NCBI GenBank assembly: GCA_035084275.1
Contig: CM068747.1
Location: 17,732,001-17,796,000 of the forward strand
DNA: 64,000 bases
Direction of reading: 5' to 3'
From: Hydrolagus colliei
Lineage: Eukaryota
Shown: one piece after another, positions 1 through 13,420 of the stretch
Numbering within the stretch: position 1 is the first letter of the stretch
Layout: every line of letters begins with the position of its first letter
Translations under genes and position numbers: made by a program
The notes under the pieces: generated by a model
The model's input: only the letters and a program-made list of their open reading frames with translations
Told to the model about the DNA's origin: nothing
Database searches by the model: none

Positions 1-383
1 AAGAAATAAGATTTTAAAGTTTGTATAGGATTGAAAACACATTTGAATCAATTTGTTTCAAGTTGAAGTGTTAATTTTTATTATGTGAAGGGTGCTAGAT
101 AAATGCAAGCTGTTGTTTTTATCTTTGCTACATTCTTCGAATAAAAAAAAGGTTATCTTTTTCTTTTGTACATTTTATTGGTGGTTTCCAATGAATTAGC
201 CCCAAACATGCACAGAACGCAACATTGAAGTGAAATTTCTAGTGTCCCTATCAAACAAGGATATTATAGAATATAATAATCAAAATGTTTATTTGAGGCC
301 TGAATTTGGAAAATTACAATGCATTGAGTATTTAATATTGGTATTCAATATCAATATTTTAACAGAATTGATTATGGTATTTG

Positions 384-674
384 ATGATAATATTCATTGC
401 ATTTGATATAGACATCTCAAAGCGCTTCACAGAATATACTGTAAAGAGAATTGACTGTATATTTTGTGGACAAAACGTGGCAGCCAATTGCACACAGCAG
501 TGCTCCACAAACAGCCATGGATTGAAATGACCAATTTATTATTGTATTATTTTGGGGATTATTATTAGGCATGTGGAGTAAGGAAACCTACCCAGGGTTT
601 CACCCTGTCTGGAATTGAACTCAGGTTTCTTGCTTTCAAGATGAGTGCTCTAACCACTGAGCTACAGGACTCCA
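384..674 (-). mobile_element. tRNA-derived SINE with L2-like tail (dominant SINE of this genome), near full length
   Basis: Reverse complement begins TGGAGTCCTGTAGCTCAGTGGTTAGAGCA (A box), has a B-box-like GAGTTCAATTCC and the family core and tail; matches the copy at 8250-8562. Confidence 0.85.
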
Positions 675-2196
675 TTTGATAACAGAAATTCAAAGCTAAA
701 ATTTAAAACTGAATTCAACAAATTGCTAAATCCTGCACACTATAAAATGTTCCGCTAATGGGTGACTAAATCTAGTCCCAGGTGGAATTCCTACTCATAG
801 ATTTGCTGGTCTAGCCACTTTACTGCTGCCAAGTTGACATGGCTTCTCTAAGGTAGGTCTCCTTCAAAACAAAAGATTACTCTTAAACCTATTTTTAAAA
901 ATATTAAATTGTGAAAGCATTTTTAAAACACAGCTCCTGGATTTTCCGAATCTTCACAGGAGAGGTTTAACATTCTACTCCTTTCCTCATTTAGACTACA
1001 TCACAAACATTTCAAAATCAAAGTTTACTTACTGATTGTGGAATAAACATGATTGTCATTTCTAACCATACTTCTTTGTACTCTCTCTTTGGTTTCTCTC
1101 TCCTTGGTACTAGTAAACAAGCAGAATTTTTTCCCTGCACTCCAGCCCTCAGCTATTCTGTGACTGACAGAGTAAATCAGCTGTACTTGAATGAAAACAG
1201 AGACCTCTGAGACCACCACAGCCAAAGGAAAGGCAGCCAAGGTTCTCTTTAGAAAACACCACATTAGAATCCAAACAGATTACCTGAAAGTTAGCAAGAG
1301 GTCCTTAGACAATGTCCTGTCACCTCTTTGCCAGTTATTGATATCCTCTTTCTATACATGTTTGGGCAGTTTCTCATGGGTATTGGTCCCATTCGTACAA
1401 TTCATGCATTATCTACAATCAAATAGCATCAGTACCAGCAGAATGCACTCCAAAATCATTAAGTTGACAAGCAGAGCCTATTAAGGTTGCTCTCTCCAAT
1501 ATTTTTTCCATTATAATATACCACTATCAGGAAATCTAACATCCAACACAGATATGTTGGTGCTGTACAGTAATTCCAAAGTTTGAACATTATCTGTCTT
1601 TGTATCCCAATGTTATTTTAGTAGATTAAATTAGAATGCTGATGCACAAATGCATAACGTAAGGAAATAGTCTAGCCTCACATATTTAGCAAGATGGGTA
1701 TATTAATCAATATGACTTTTCTCTGCTATGCAAATGTGTATTCACAAATGATCCATTTAGTTGCATTGCTGTTCAAGATTATAATTGATTCAATGTTAAT
1801 TATGTCCCCAATCAATCAAAAGATAGAAACAATGTTATTTACTGCTCAGAACACTCCACCTCCAAATGTTTGTCCAATTCAGTAAATATTAAGGGATGTA
1901 TCCCTCCAAGGAATATTTGTGTATTTGAAGCCTTTTCTTCAGCCTTGTCTAAAGCATTCTGCAAGAAGCCAAATACATTTCAGTCCATTGTCCCTGGAAA
2001 AGGGAAAGTCCCCAAATAAGCCTTAGCTGAGCTCTCCCAAACATGGAATACCCTCATTTTCACTTGGATGTTAAGTTCACAAACATTTTATCGTGGTGGT
2101 CACAACTTGAGGAATGCCCACAGTTAGTAGTGTAATCCTAGATTTCCACACAAACATCTCCAGGAATTTTATTTTAAATTAAAGTTTAAAAATGCT

Positions 2197-2282
2197 AATA
2201 ATAATCCTTGCATTTGATATAGCGCTTTTCACGTCTTCTGGACATCTCAAAGCACTTCATAGAATGTACTGTAATATGTACT
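2197..2282 (-). mobile_element. SINE 3' tail fragment
   Basis: AATAATAATCCTTGCATTTGATATAGCGCTTTTCACGTC is the reverse complement of the SINE tail. Confidence 0.75.
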
Positions 2283-2539
2283 TTCCTTACCATTCATTTG
2301 AGTTAACTTGAGAGATTTTGATTTGTATATTATCAATATTGAAAAACATATAGATAAACTTAAGATAAACATACAGTATATATTTTATATTGATGGCAAT
2401 TGTTGTTGATTTTCTGGTTTATTGTTGTTGTTCAATCCCCCCGCCCCCTAACCTTTCCCCCCTTTTCTTCTTCTTTTCGCCCACTAATATACAGTTACTT
2501 TTCCTACTATGCTTTATCCTGCCCTGATCCTTCCCACCC

Positions 2540-2850
2540 TGCTCTTGTCCTACCTGACTGTACAGCGCCTTGGGATGTCCTCTCGACGTGAAAGGCGCTA
2601 TATAAATGTAAGTTTTGTTTTGTTTGTTTGTTCTTCCCCCCCTCCCTTTCCCCCCTTTTCTTCTTCTTCCCCCCCTCCCTTTCCCCCCTTTCTCTCCCCC
2701 TTTTCCCCCTTCCCTCCCTCTTCACTCTTACCCCCCTCTTCCCTCTTTACGCCCCTTTCTCCCCATCTCTCCCTGATTTTGTCGCACACACATCTTTCCC
2801 TCCCTCTCCCCCCTTTACCGCCTTTCTCCCCCTTTCTCCCCCGGCCCCAC
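2540..2850 (+). repeat. L2 3' tail followed by CT-rich low-complexity tract
   Basis: CAGCGCCTTGGGATGTCC...GTGAAAGGCGCTATATAAATG (L2 tail), then about 220 bp of C/T runs. Confidence 0.7.
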
Positions 2851-3000
2851 TTCAGTGACTGTTTGTGGGACACTTCTGTATGCAATTTGGCTGCCGCGTT
2901 TCGCCCACAAATATACATTCAATTTTCCTATTCTCCTTCCCCTCCCACTCTGCTCTGATCCCAACCTGACTGTTCAGCACCTTGGGACGTCCTCCCAATG

Positions 3001-3733
3001 NNNNNNNNNNNNNNNNNNNNNNNNNNNNNNNNNNNNNNNNNNNNNNNNNNNNNNNNNNNNNNNNNNNNNNNNNNNNNNNNNNNNNNNNNNNNNNNNNNNN
3101 NNNNNNNNNNNNNNNNNNNNNNNNNNNNNNNNNNNNNNNNNNNNNNNNNNNNNNNNNNNNNNNNNNNNNNNNNNNNNNNNNNNNNNNNNNNNNNNNNNNN
3201 NNNNNNNNNNNNNNNNNNNNNNNNNNNNNNNNNNNNNNNNNNNNNNNNNNNNNNNNNNNNNNNNNNNNNNNNNNNNNNNNNNNNNNNNNNNNNNNNNNNN
3301 NNNNNNNNNNNNNNNNNNNNNNNNNNNNNNNNNNNNNNNNNNNNNNNNNNNNNNNNNNNNNNNNNNNNNNNNNNNNNNNNNNNNNNNNNNNNNNNNNNNN
3401 NNNNNNNNNNNNNNNNNNNNNNNNNNNNNNNNNNNNNNNNNNNNNNNNNNNNNNNNNNNNNNNNNNNNNNNNNNNNNNNNNNNNNNNNNNNNNNNNNNNN
3501 NNNNNNNNNNNNNNNNNNNNNNNNNNNNNNNNNNNNNNNNNNNNNNNNNNNNNNNNNNNNNNNNNNNNNNNNNNNNNNNNNNNNNNNNNNNNNNNNNNNN
3601 NNNNNNNNNNNNNNNNNNNNNNNNNNNNNNNNNNNNNNNNNNNNNNNNNNNNNNNNNNNNNNNNNNNNNNNNNNNNNNNNNNNNNNNNNNNNNNNNNNNN
3701 NNNNNNNNNNNNNNNNNNNNNNNNNNNNNNNNN
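3001..3733. other. Assembly gap (N run)
   Basis: 733 consecutive N. Confidence 1.
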
Positions 3734-5697
3734 AAAGTGTTTTTTAAAGGAAGTGCAGCTAAATTATTTGAAACCACAAGTTCCTATTTCTACGAATCGA
3801 ACAACAGATAAGCTACAAAGCAATTTATGGATATCTTATAAAACAATGCATTGGGGAATTTATAATAACATAATAATAATCCTTGAATTTGACATAGTGC
3901 CTAGGACTAGGACTAGGAAGAAAACTCACTTGGTTGAGAGGCAGTGCCACCAGTTGAAACATTCTGATCAATCCACCTCACTACCTCCACAACAGTGTTC
4001 CATCATCATGCCATATGATGCACTCAACTGATTGCTGAACGATCGATTTCCAATATCACCAACATAGTGTTCAGTTATTTTCCAACCCCAATAGTTTAGG
4101 TTTACAGCAGTTAAAATATTCCTAAGAATTCCTAAGAATATTTACATACTTTAAGAAGTCCCAAGTACCATTATTTACTTGGTCCTTTAATAATGTACTA
4201 AATTAAGTTTGAGTTATTTAATTTGTCCCATCCAATCAATCCCCCACAAACATAGGCATCCAATTAAGAGGTGCAGAAGAGTGGGGGATATGGGGAAAGT
4301 ATATTACAATGCAACCACCTTGCTTGGTGAAAAAGAGTTTACATAACCTGTGTCAGGTTTACATAACCTGACAATCTCATGGTGATATCTGACCAAGAGA
4401 TGCTTCCCTTCTGCATCTCGCTCTTGCCAGTTCAAACCTAGAATAGACTTGGCTTTAGTCTTAAAACAATCTGAATTACGAGTCATTTAGTAATTGTAGC
4501 CTGAAGACATTTGAAGTGCAGCCTTAACTCTGCAATAGCTTTAAGCATTAAGAGAAAGATTGCAATAAAATTAATAATTTAAGAAGAGGAGAGTGATGAA
4601 ATAGTTGATAAATCTTAGAAGAGAATTAATGGAGTTTTATTATATCTGCACAGATCAAAATGATTATTCAGTTGTTGGAGGATGTTCTCCCGTTTTGGTG
4701 AGGGATGACAACAACAACAACAACTTGCATTTATGAAGAGCCCTCCAAACCGGGCAGCGTCTCAGGGTGCTTGATCCATTGAACACCAAAGGGACAAAAA
4801 GAGCATTTAGATTCTGGTTAGTCTTGTGCTCAGAATCAATTTCGATCTGAGCATAAAAGAACTGCTGAACATAGTCAGCGCCAGTATCATGCAAAGGTTG
4901 TGCATGTACAATGTCAGACCAAGAGTCAGATTTCTGTTCGATCTCAATATCCCCTAACCTGAGCTGTTCCTCATTGATTCACAGAACATACCAGCAGATA
5001 TACGAAAGCAACGCTATAAATAACAACTCATGCAATCTAAAAGGAGGATGTCTATGCACACATTATGGCTCAATCTCACTCTTTCCACTCTGATATTCTT
5101 ATGAGACCGATTTAGAAGACAACAAGGACCTCAATTATAATTTCTCCGTAGATTCATGTCGCCATGTGTGGTCAGCCTGCATGACCAAGCCCTCCCTAAA
5201 TTGTCTCCTTCCTGTCTGACCCCATCTTCCCCCCTCACCCTCCCGCCCCCACCCATCCACTCCCCCACACACAAAATACACATATACTTGTACAGCTTTC
5301 ACTGCTGACAGCTAGATAATACATCCCACATTCCCCAAGTTCAAAGACTTATTGAAAGGAATTCAGCCTCAAGAATATAATCAAAAGTAAGTTAAAAGTA
5401 TATTTAAAAGAGGAAAAACCTTACTCAAAAAACAGAATTATCTATAAAGTAAGATACTGTTGAGGCAATGAAATGTGTATAATGGCATTTTCACCCCACG
5501 GACAATTTTGTTGAAGTCAGAATTGGATGCCATTATGGAAGATGGATGAGCTTGAGTGAACTAAATGTTTTTTTCCAATTCCATTTCTTCTGAGGTAGTA
5601 ACCTTCTCCCGGATCACTAGTTGCTATGTTTTTTGTTGGTAAATTGGGATTTCTGGAATTTATGTAAGATGAGGCTAAATGAAGACTGCAATATATC

Positions 5698-6090
5698 TAA
5701 TAATAATAATTCTTGCATTTGATATAGCGCCCTATCACGTCTTCAAGATGTCTCAAAGCGTTGTAAAGTGAATGGACTGTATATTTTGTGGGTGAAACAT
5801 ATTACGTAGTTTGATATAACTAATCAAAGACCTTAAAGACATAAAATAAAATCTTTCCTGGTTCATAATATTCTGCAAAAAACATTCCTGATAATTAACA
5901 TTTCTCTCAACCAGATTCAACATAATAATAATATAAGAATATAATTCTCACCTTTGACAGTGCCTTTTATGTCAGGATGATGTCTCAAAGTGCTATACTG
6001 CATGTACTGTAAAGTGTGGTGACTGCATAGGCAAACAAGGCAGCCAATTTACCCACAGCGATGTCTCACAAACGATCATGAAGTGAACGG
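5698..6090 (-). mobile_element. Two SINE 3' fragments (about 5698-5800 and 5940-6090)
   Basis: Reverse-complement SINE tail and core motifs (TTGCATTTGATATAGCGC; GGCAGCCAATTT). Confidence 0.65.
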
Positions 6091-7614
6091 CCATCCTAAC
6101 CATTATAAAAGGGAAAGGGAAGCAGGTCTGAGTGTGAGGTTCTACATGCCACTGTAAAGTCATGCAGTGAGGAGAGCAATGTTTGTTAATGTTTGAATAT
6201 AATAAATTAAAGATGACGAGTATTGGTACTGCATTTTTCGATAGCTCATATTTGTCCACGAAAATATACCTTAGCAAACAAGCTTTCGTTCTTTCTTAAG
6301 ATTTGAAAGCATTCCCATTATGATTTGAAAACATTACATTGCATTGTGTATTTATGCTAATCTGTGACACTAGTTCTGGATACCACTAGTTGCTGAATAC
6401 AGTGCATTTGCTAGGTCAACATGAAAAATATAAATGAACAAAAAATTATACAGTAGTAACTAAACAGAGTGCAGGCATGAACGTAACTATTACAGGTTTT
6501 ACAATATAGACTTTTTTTTCTCTCTGACTCTACACTCTCAAACCAGTTTTGAGGCAACTAAATTGTCTGCTGCAATGTTTTGAAACTTCAAACATTTCCA
6601 GGTGTTAATTGATCACATTTACATTTTTGATTTGAGAAGCTTCAAGACTGTTTGTGGGACATTCTCTGTACAAATTGCCTTCTGCGATCACTCGCAAATA
6701 CATAGATGCTCCATTTAATGGAAACCCCTATGCACTTTGAGGCAATAAGGTGCATATCAAATGTAAGGATACCTATTTGGAGAAGACTGATTCTTTCATT
6801 GATTTGGAGCACAAGTAAGCAATTTGCTTTCACAAGTACATATGAAGGTGGGAAACACAAACTGACTTCTCTTGCCTTTCCCCCACAGTGGATCGGAAAG
6901 CAGGCACAATCATTAGTCAACTCAAATTACATGACTTCCACTTCCAGACAACATGTGGCCTAGTTATAGCCATTAATAAAGTGCGTTCGAGTGTAACAAA
7001 TGACCTTTCCAGGGCATCAGTGTTGTTTTGGGAGTTGTATGTATGAAGACATCTGTCAGAGCTGCAAATCACTTCCAAATCCATGGATATACTGTCCTCA
7101 AAGGAATCTAACACTGCTGCTTACATGTAAAGGCTTTTTATACTATATGATGCGAGGTTGTTGAAAGTAATTTTAGTTTTACAATAATCATTATTTTGCA
7201 GTGCAGAACCTGGTGGGGGGAGTGGGGTGGGGGGTGCGGTTTGGGGGTGAGACTAAGAGGTAGAATATTGTCTGTGAAAGGAATTATAAAATGGTGAGAT
7301 AATAGAAATATATCTCCTCTCCCCTACTTTCCTAACTATTGTAATGGACTGAACTTAAAAACACGTAAGCTGTGTATGATTTTGTTCAATTCAAACTGAT
7401 AACTAAAATCATGTCAAATTTTACATTTTATATTGTGCCTTTCGTGTCGGGAGGATATCTCAAAGCGCTTCACAGGATATCCTGGTTAGTGTAATGATGA
7501 CTTATTTCATAAGTGAATGCAGTAGCTAATTTTGCATGTGTCAATATCCCACAAACAGCCATGAAAGTGAGTAACCAATTTTATTTGGGGGATTGTTGGG
7601 GAATTGTTGGCCTC

Positions 7615-8250
7615 CCCACACCTCTACAACATTTCCTGGCTCTGCCATTGTTTCACACCACAGGCCACTGAAACTCTCATACATTCATTCATAACATCCA
7701 GGCTTGACTATACAAACTCCTTGCTTGTCGGCCTCTGCAACTCCTCCCTCCACAGGCTGCAGATCATCCAGAACTCTACAACCCTTGTCCTCTCCCACAC
7801 TACGCTCCATGACCACATCACCCCCACCCTCTCCCGACTCCACTGGCTTCCCATCCCACAGAGGATACACTTTAACATACGGGTTCTCACCTTCAAAGTC
7901 TCCATGGCCTTGCTCTCCTCTACCTCTGTGACCTCCTAACTTCCTACCAACTTGCCCGATCCCTCCACTCAGCAGGCCCCAGCGTGTTGCCTCTGCCTAG
8001 CCCCACCATTGGTAGGCGGGCCTTCAGTCACTCTGCCCCCACTCTCTGGAACTCCATCCCACAATCCCTCCACTTCGCCCCATCCCTCGCTTCCTTCAAG
8101 ACCCACCTCAAGGACCTCCTCTTCGACCGTGCCTTTGATCACCCTCCTTCCCCCCTGCCCTCCACTGTACCCAATCCCTACCTTCAGCTCAGGTCCGAAA
8201 TACCGTCTATCCAGCATTTTGGGACATCCTTCCGACATGAAAGGCACTAT
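7615..8250 (+). mobile_element. L2 LINE 3' fragment (degenerate RT C-terminus and 3' UTR)
   Basis: Translates to ETLIHSFITSRLDYTNSLLVGL...HDHITPTLSRLHWLPI...GRRAFSHSAPTLWNSIP, the typical L2 ORF2 end. Its tail resumes after the SINE at about 8563. Confidence 0.9.
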
Positions 8251-8562
8251 GTGGAGTCCTGTAGCTCAGTGGTTAGAGCCCTCGCCTCGCAAGTGAGAGA
8301 CCTGAGTTCAATTCCAGTCGGGGCGAAACCTTGGGCAAGTTTCCTTATTCCACACACCTGATAATAATCCCTTAAGAAAAAAACAATAACAAATTGATAA
8401 TTTCAATCCACAACTGTTTGTGGGACACTGCCATATGCAATTGGCTGCTGCGTTTCGCCCACAAATATACAATCAATTGACTTTACAGTATATGCTGTGA
8501 AGCGTTTTGAGGTGTCTAGAAGACGTGAAAAGTGCTATATCAAATCAAGGATTATTATTATC
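8250..8562 (+). mobile_element. Full-length tRNA-derived SINE nested in the L2 tail
   Basis: GTGGAGTCCTGTAGCTCAGTGGTTAGAGC (A box), GAGTTCAATTCC (B box), core, and tail ending AAGGATTATTATTA. Confidence 0.9.
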
Positions 8563-8959
8563 ATACAAATGTTATTTTGTTGTTGTTGGGCGCTGAAAGA
8601 AATTCACTTCATCCTTGCTAATCTTTCTCTAAATGTTTGTGTTCCAAGCATAGCTAAATCATCAATTATTTTAAATAGAGTGTGACCAAAATTAAAAAAT
8701 TTCTACTGAATTACAACACAATTACTGCTCTCCATTTTAATGTTGTTTTCCAGGAAAATATCCTGGTTGGAACCATCATTTCAAAATGCAAATCCTGCCA
8801 TCCTGTGGCAATTTCACAGATTAACTAGAACAGATTCTCCTGGCATCACAAAGCTACACAACATATTTTTGTTTAAATATCAGCTGTTCCTGGTAGATTC
8901 ATTCTCAGAAACATGAGGTAAATGGGATTCAAGTCAATAAATCATTAAAATATGGTCCC

Positions 8960-9480
8960 CAGGTGCAGAAAGTGGTCAATAAGGCAAATGGGATGCCTCT
9001 TTATTACAAGGGGTGTAGATTATAAATGTAAAGTGCTGCTTCTCTGGTTATACAGAACTGTGTTCACATTTGAGAAACTAGTCTTAAGAAGGATGTATTA
9101 GTCTTTCAGGTTGTCAGCAATAGTTCATTGGGCTGAAGGGTTCAGCTGTGGTGAGAGGCTAGGTAGACTGGCGTTATATTCCTTGGAGCAGCAGAGGTTA
9201 AGGGATGATTTGATTGAGGCATTCAAGATAATTAAAGGAATTAGACAGTGGATGATTCAACCTTCTGGATCAATGCAAGAGGGCATGGCCTTAACATCAG
9301 AACCAAGACAGTTAGAATTGAAGTCACAAAGATGGGTGTGAAGTTGTCTGCTCCAGAAAGCTGTGGAGGTGAAATCAATACGGATATTTATAAGGGAGAT
9401 AGACAGATAATTGGATGGTAGAAATATGAAGGGGTATAATGGAAAGGTAGATATTAAAAAGTCTAATAAACTGGTGGGAC
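8960..9480 (+). mobile_element. Old CR1 LINE 3' fragment
   Basis: Translates to GERLGRLALYSLEQQRLRDDLIEAFKIIKG, the CR1 ORF2 C-terminal motif. Confidence 0.8.
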
Positions 9481-11137
9481 AGGTTTAATATGTTTCCTAC
9501 ATGAAAGGCATCGAATAAGTGCAAATAGTTGTTATCACTGTGATGAGCACAGCGCAAAAAGCATCAGATCATCTCAGCTATCAAAATTTAGAAAGGCTTC
9601 ATCTTGTTCTTATTTCACAAAACAAAAAGGTAAAATAGCCATGGGTCAGCTAATTTCTAACTTTTATATTTTACCAGAAAATCACTGTAATGCTTTCACA
9701 TAATACATTATGCAAAGCAAACACTCATTGTCCATAGCAAACACTCTATTGTCTGTGGCAAACACAAGGTACAAGTCACCCTGAGACTCCTAAAAGGAAG
9801 CGGGTCACTCATTTTCCACCTCAAGCATTCCTGGTTAATGTTGTTCTTTTAAAACAATTGTTAATGCTGGGAGATTTATACTACCATACCGGCTTGAAAA
9901 TGCGTTCAGACCGTTCAAATCATGAGTTTATTAACCAGTTGATTGACTGATAAAAATCACGATGACTATTTTACAACTTGACCAGAAAATGGGAACCTGT
10001 AACGATACTGATGACTCCATTCTGAGTGTTCTGACATGATGTGATGTTAATGAGTTTTCCTCTTATTCGAGTAGTAGGTTAATGGCAAATTCACCAACCG
10101 TTGACCAAAGTAATCTTTACGCTCGCAATCTGCCTCCTTGAGATATTCACCACTGCCCTCCTTCCATTATATCAAAGCAGCTTCCTTAAACTGCAGATTT
10201 TTTTTGTTGATTCAACATGATTTACACATCAAATCAACGCAATCTCGGTTGTGTAACTGACCTATTATGCTTCAGTCATTAATGTGTCAACAAGTCACAT
10301 CACCAGCATCAGTCTTTGATTAAACAACTAGAAGAGCAGTTTTACTTCGGTTAGAAACATCCAGTTTAGTTCTGCTTCATCTCCTTTTTTTCCTTTAAAA
10401 TGCAGATGACTCTCTCTTTTATTGCAGCACCCAGCAGACTATTTCTAATCTAATCTGATTTATTTTATGGTTAGATTTTCTTTATTTACATAAGCAAAGC
10501 AAAGGCAGCCCATTAGTTGCAAAGAAAAAAAACAATGAGACAGCTGCAAAGATTACACCCTCCTGTTTACTGAGATGGAACAATCATAGGGACTAACTCA
10601 AAATATGAATCACAGTCACATGTTAGCACCTAAAATATTACATTTTGCTGCATGACAAAAGACAAATAAAGGTCAGCGAGGACTCGGTGCTGAGTTAACT
10701 CATTTTTAAAAGGAAAATAATCTTCATAATGTAATTCCACCATCTGAGAATGAAACCCACCAGTATTGTTCTGTTCCTGCCCACATTATGAAAGCAATAA
10801 GATTCAATACTTTTTTTTATAACTGCACACATAAAAGGTTTCAAATGTACTTCATCCCCCTAGAATTTAAAGTAAGACACCTCTGGAATTTAAAGTAAGA
10901 CAAGCAAGGGCAAATGTGAATAACCAATGCAGATATTTAATAACAGCGTAATCCTTAGCACCATTACATGAGTGACGTTTTGTTCAAATGAATTTAAAAT
11001 TTACCAGAAAAAAATATAAAACACAAACCAAGACCCTACCACAAAAGATATATGATCATTTAATAGAGTGCAGCAGAAAACATTCATGTCGTACTGACTG
11101 ACTTGGACCTGGTATCAATTGAAATACATTTTTTTTC

Positions 11138-11528
11138 TCAGCCAGGTGTTTGACACATGCAGAAACCAATCACCATGATTAAGACTAGTCAAACTAAGGT
11201 AAGAATTGCATCCAGTTCACTACACATGGAAATCCCACAGGTGGAATGGAATGTACACTCTCTGCCTGGAGGGACACATCCTGCTTACCTAATTTTGGAA
11301 AGTATTAGGCACATGTTGGCAAGAGCCTCGCTGAGAGACCCCAGAGTGTGAGTTGGGGTAACTGCTTGAGTCCAACCAGCTAAAATCGCATAGCATGCCA
11401 TTGATAATACTGCCCAGCAAGCTTTCTTATATTTGTCCAGCTAGGACCACCTGATCAGTTAGGGCTTTGATATACAGGATTAACAGGAGCTGAGTGGGAT
11501 GATTCTTTGCCCACATTGACTGGTTTGC
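11138..11528 (+). repeat. Unclassified ~400-bp dispersed repeat, most complete copy
   Basis: Shared with 21240, 35787, 40708, 51220 and 61108 (motifs TGACACRTGgAGAAAccCATCACyATGCT, CATCCTGCTTACCTAATT, TCCAGCTAGGACCAC). Confidence 0.75.
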
Positions 11529-11554
11529 TAACAAAATATTTTTTTTAATTTTAA

Positions 11555-11885
11555 AAACAATTAAACTACTTTGGGCATAGGTAGCAAGGGTACAGTGAGA
11601 TGCGGGTGTCGAGTTTGGTCCATATGTCAGTGTGCAGGCCATAGAGTTCTGAATTAGCTGGATCATTTGATTGGTGGAGCTGGGGGGGGCTGGTGAGGAG
11701 CGCTTTGGAGTAATCCAAGTGGTAGGTGACAACACCCATGCACAAGGATTTCAGCTGCATTTGGGGTAAAGTCCAAATGCGAAGGCAGGCAATGTGGTGG
11801 AGGTGGAAGAAGGCAGTCCTGGACAGGCACCAGATGTGGGGGAGGAAGGACAACTGGGGATCGAACCAGATGGCTAGACTGCTCA
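11555..11885 (-). mobile_element. L2 LINE fragment
   Basis: Minus-strand WFDPQLSFLPHIWCLSRTAFFHLHHIACLR...HLDYS, from L2 RT. Confidence 0.8.
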
Positions 11886-13167
11886 CTAATACTTACTCCC
11901 AAAACAAACAACCAATTGTGGAATTGAGTATTAGTGAGTATTGTGAGTACATACATATGCCTTTACACATAAGTGCAACATCAATGTCCATAGAAAGTAG
12001 GCTCACTATTTATCCCCTCTGTCGCACAACTTTGGTTTATTCATATCCGTTATTATTCCTTTTTCTAAAACTTGCCAATAAAGAAGTATCAGCCCGAGGA
12101 CAAGTTTATCATCCATTGACCTTTATCTTGAGCGTTCCTATTTTTTGAAATGTAGCAACAAATTGATTTTGGATTGTCAAATTTATTCTCGGATTCATTT
12201 TATCTCCTTGCAAAAACTCTTTTACGCAGCCATAACATTTTCTTCTGTGACAGTGACATAATGAACTGTGGATGGATTGAAGGGCAAATTTGAAAATCTC
12301 TATAATAATCAACACGCTGTTGGCCTCAGCAATTTTCTCCCCTCTATCGTATTATTGGTCGTATCTCTGCTGCAGCCTTCTCTTGTAAACAGTTTGCAAT
12401 TAGATGCTCCATATAGCAAAAATTGCACTCTTTTCAACAGTATGCATTTTGTACTTTTGATTCTTTCTTCAATTGCCTATCAGTCATACTCAACGATTTG
12501 CTCTTGCACTGCAGACTTGTAAATAGAAATTGCTGTAGGTGATACATCTTATAAAGTGCTGCATGTTGCAATTTAGTCCCTCATTTACTGAAGGCTTCAC
12601 AGTTTACTGGGAAACAATAATGTCTTCGAAACTGGATATCCTTCATATCAATGTGAACATGCATATGACCAAACACAAGGGTTGAAAACGAATTGTAGCA
12701 CATGGTTAATGATATTTACATTTTTTTCAAAAAGTGTAATCATGCTAAGAAAAACATGCTCATGGTGGTGTACTCAGAGAAAAGCTGTACAGTCTATTCA
12801 GTGTTGGATGCAACCCAAATAAAAACATGAAGTTGCAAACTATCACTACCAACCAATAATAATGGGGAGTTTTTAGTTAAATAACCCAGAAACCAGTACT
12901 TATAAACACAAATGTTATGGACTATAAAATGATCAATATTCTAGGTGTCCCATAAACTCATCTATATTTAGTGGTCAAAACAAGTGGCAACTGAAGCCTT
13001 GAGTCCAGCAATGATTAATATTGTGGAGGTATTTAGAGCAGAAAGCTAAAATAACCCATATTTACAGAGAGATAACACAGTATTGTAATAAATCAGCTTT
13101 TTGGAAATGGAATAAAATAGTGTAAGAAAATATTGCTAACTATAATAAAATGGAAGATATTCGGATC

Positions 13168-13420
13168 TTATAATAATAATAATCCTTGCATTTGATATAG
13201 CGCTTGACTTCTCAAAGTCACTTCTCAAAGTGCTTCACAGAATGGACTGTAAAGTGAATTGACTGTATATTTGTGGGCGATACAAAGCAGCCATTTGCAC
13301 ACAGCAGTGTCCCACAAACAGTCGTGAATTGAGTGACCGAATTGTTATTAATTTATTGTTTGAAGGGATTATTATTGGGCGTGAGGTGTAAGGAATTGTG
13401 CCCAAGGTTTCTCCCTGCCT
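13168..13420 (-). mobile_element. SINE, 5'-truncated
   Basis: Tail, core and AAGGAATTGTGCCCAAGGTTT motif in reverse orientation. Confidence 0.8.

Noticed and set aside
2400-2958. Pro/Ser/Phe- and Gly/Glu/Lys-rich ORFs
   Set aside because: Translations of a CT-rich low-complexity tract and repeat tails.
2855-4031. Long ORFs spanning 3001-3733
   Set aside because: Artefacts of translating the N gap.
8250-8325. tRNA-like sequence with A and B boxes
   Set aside because: It is the head of a SINE repeated many times here and continues into the SINE core and tail; not called a tRNA gene.
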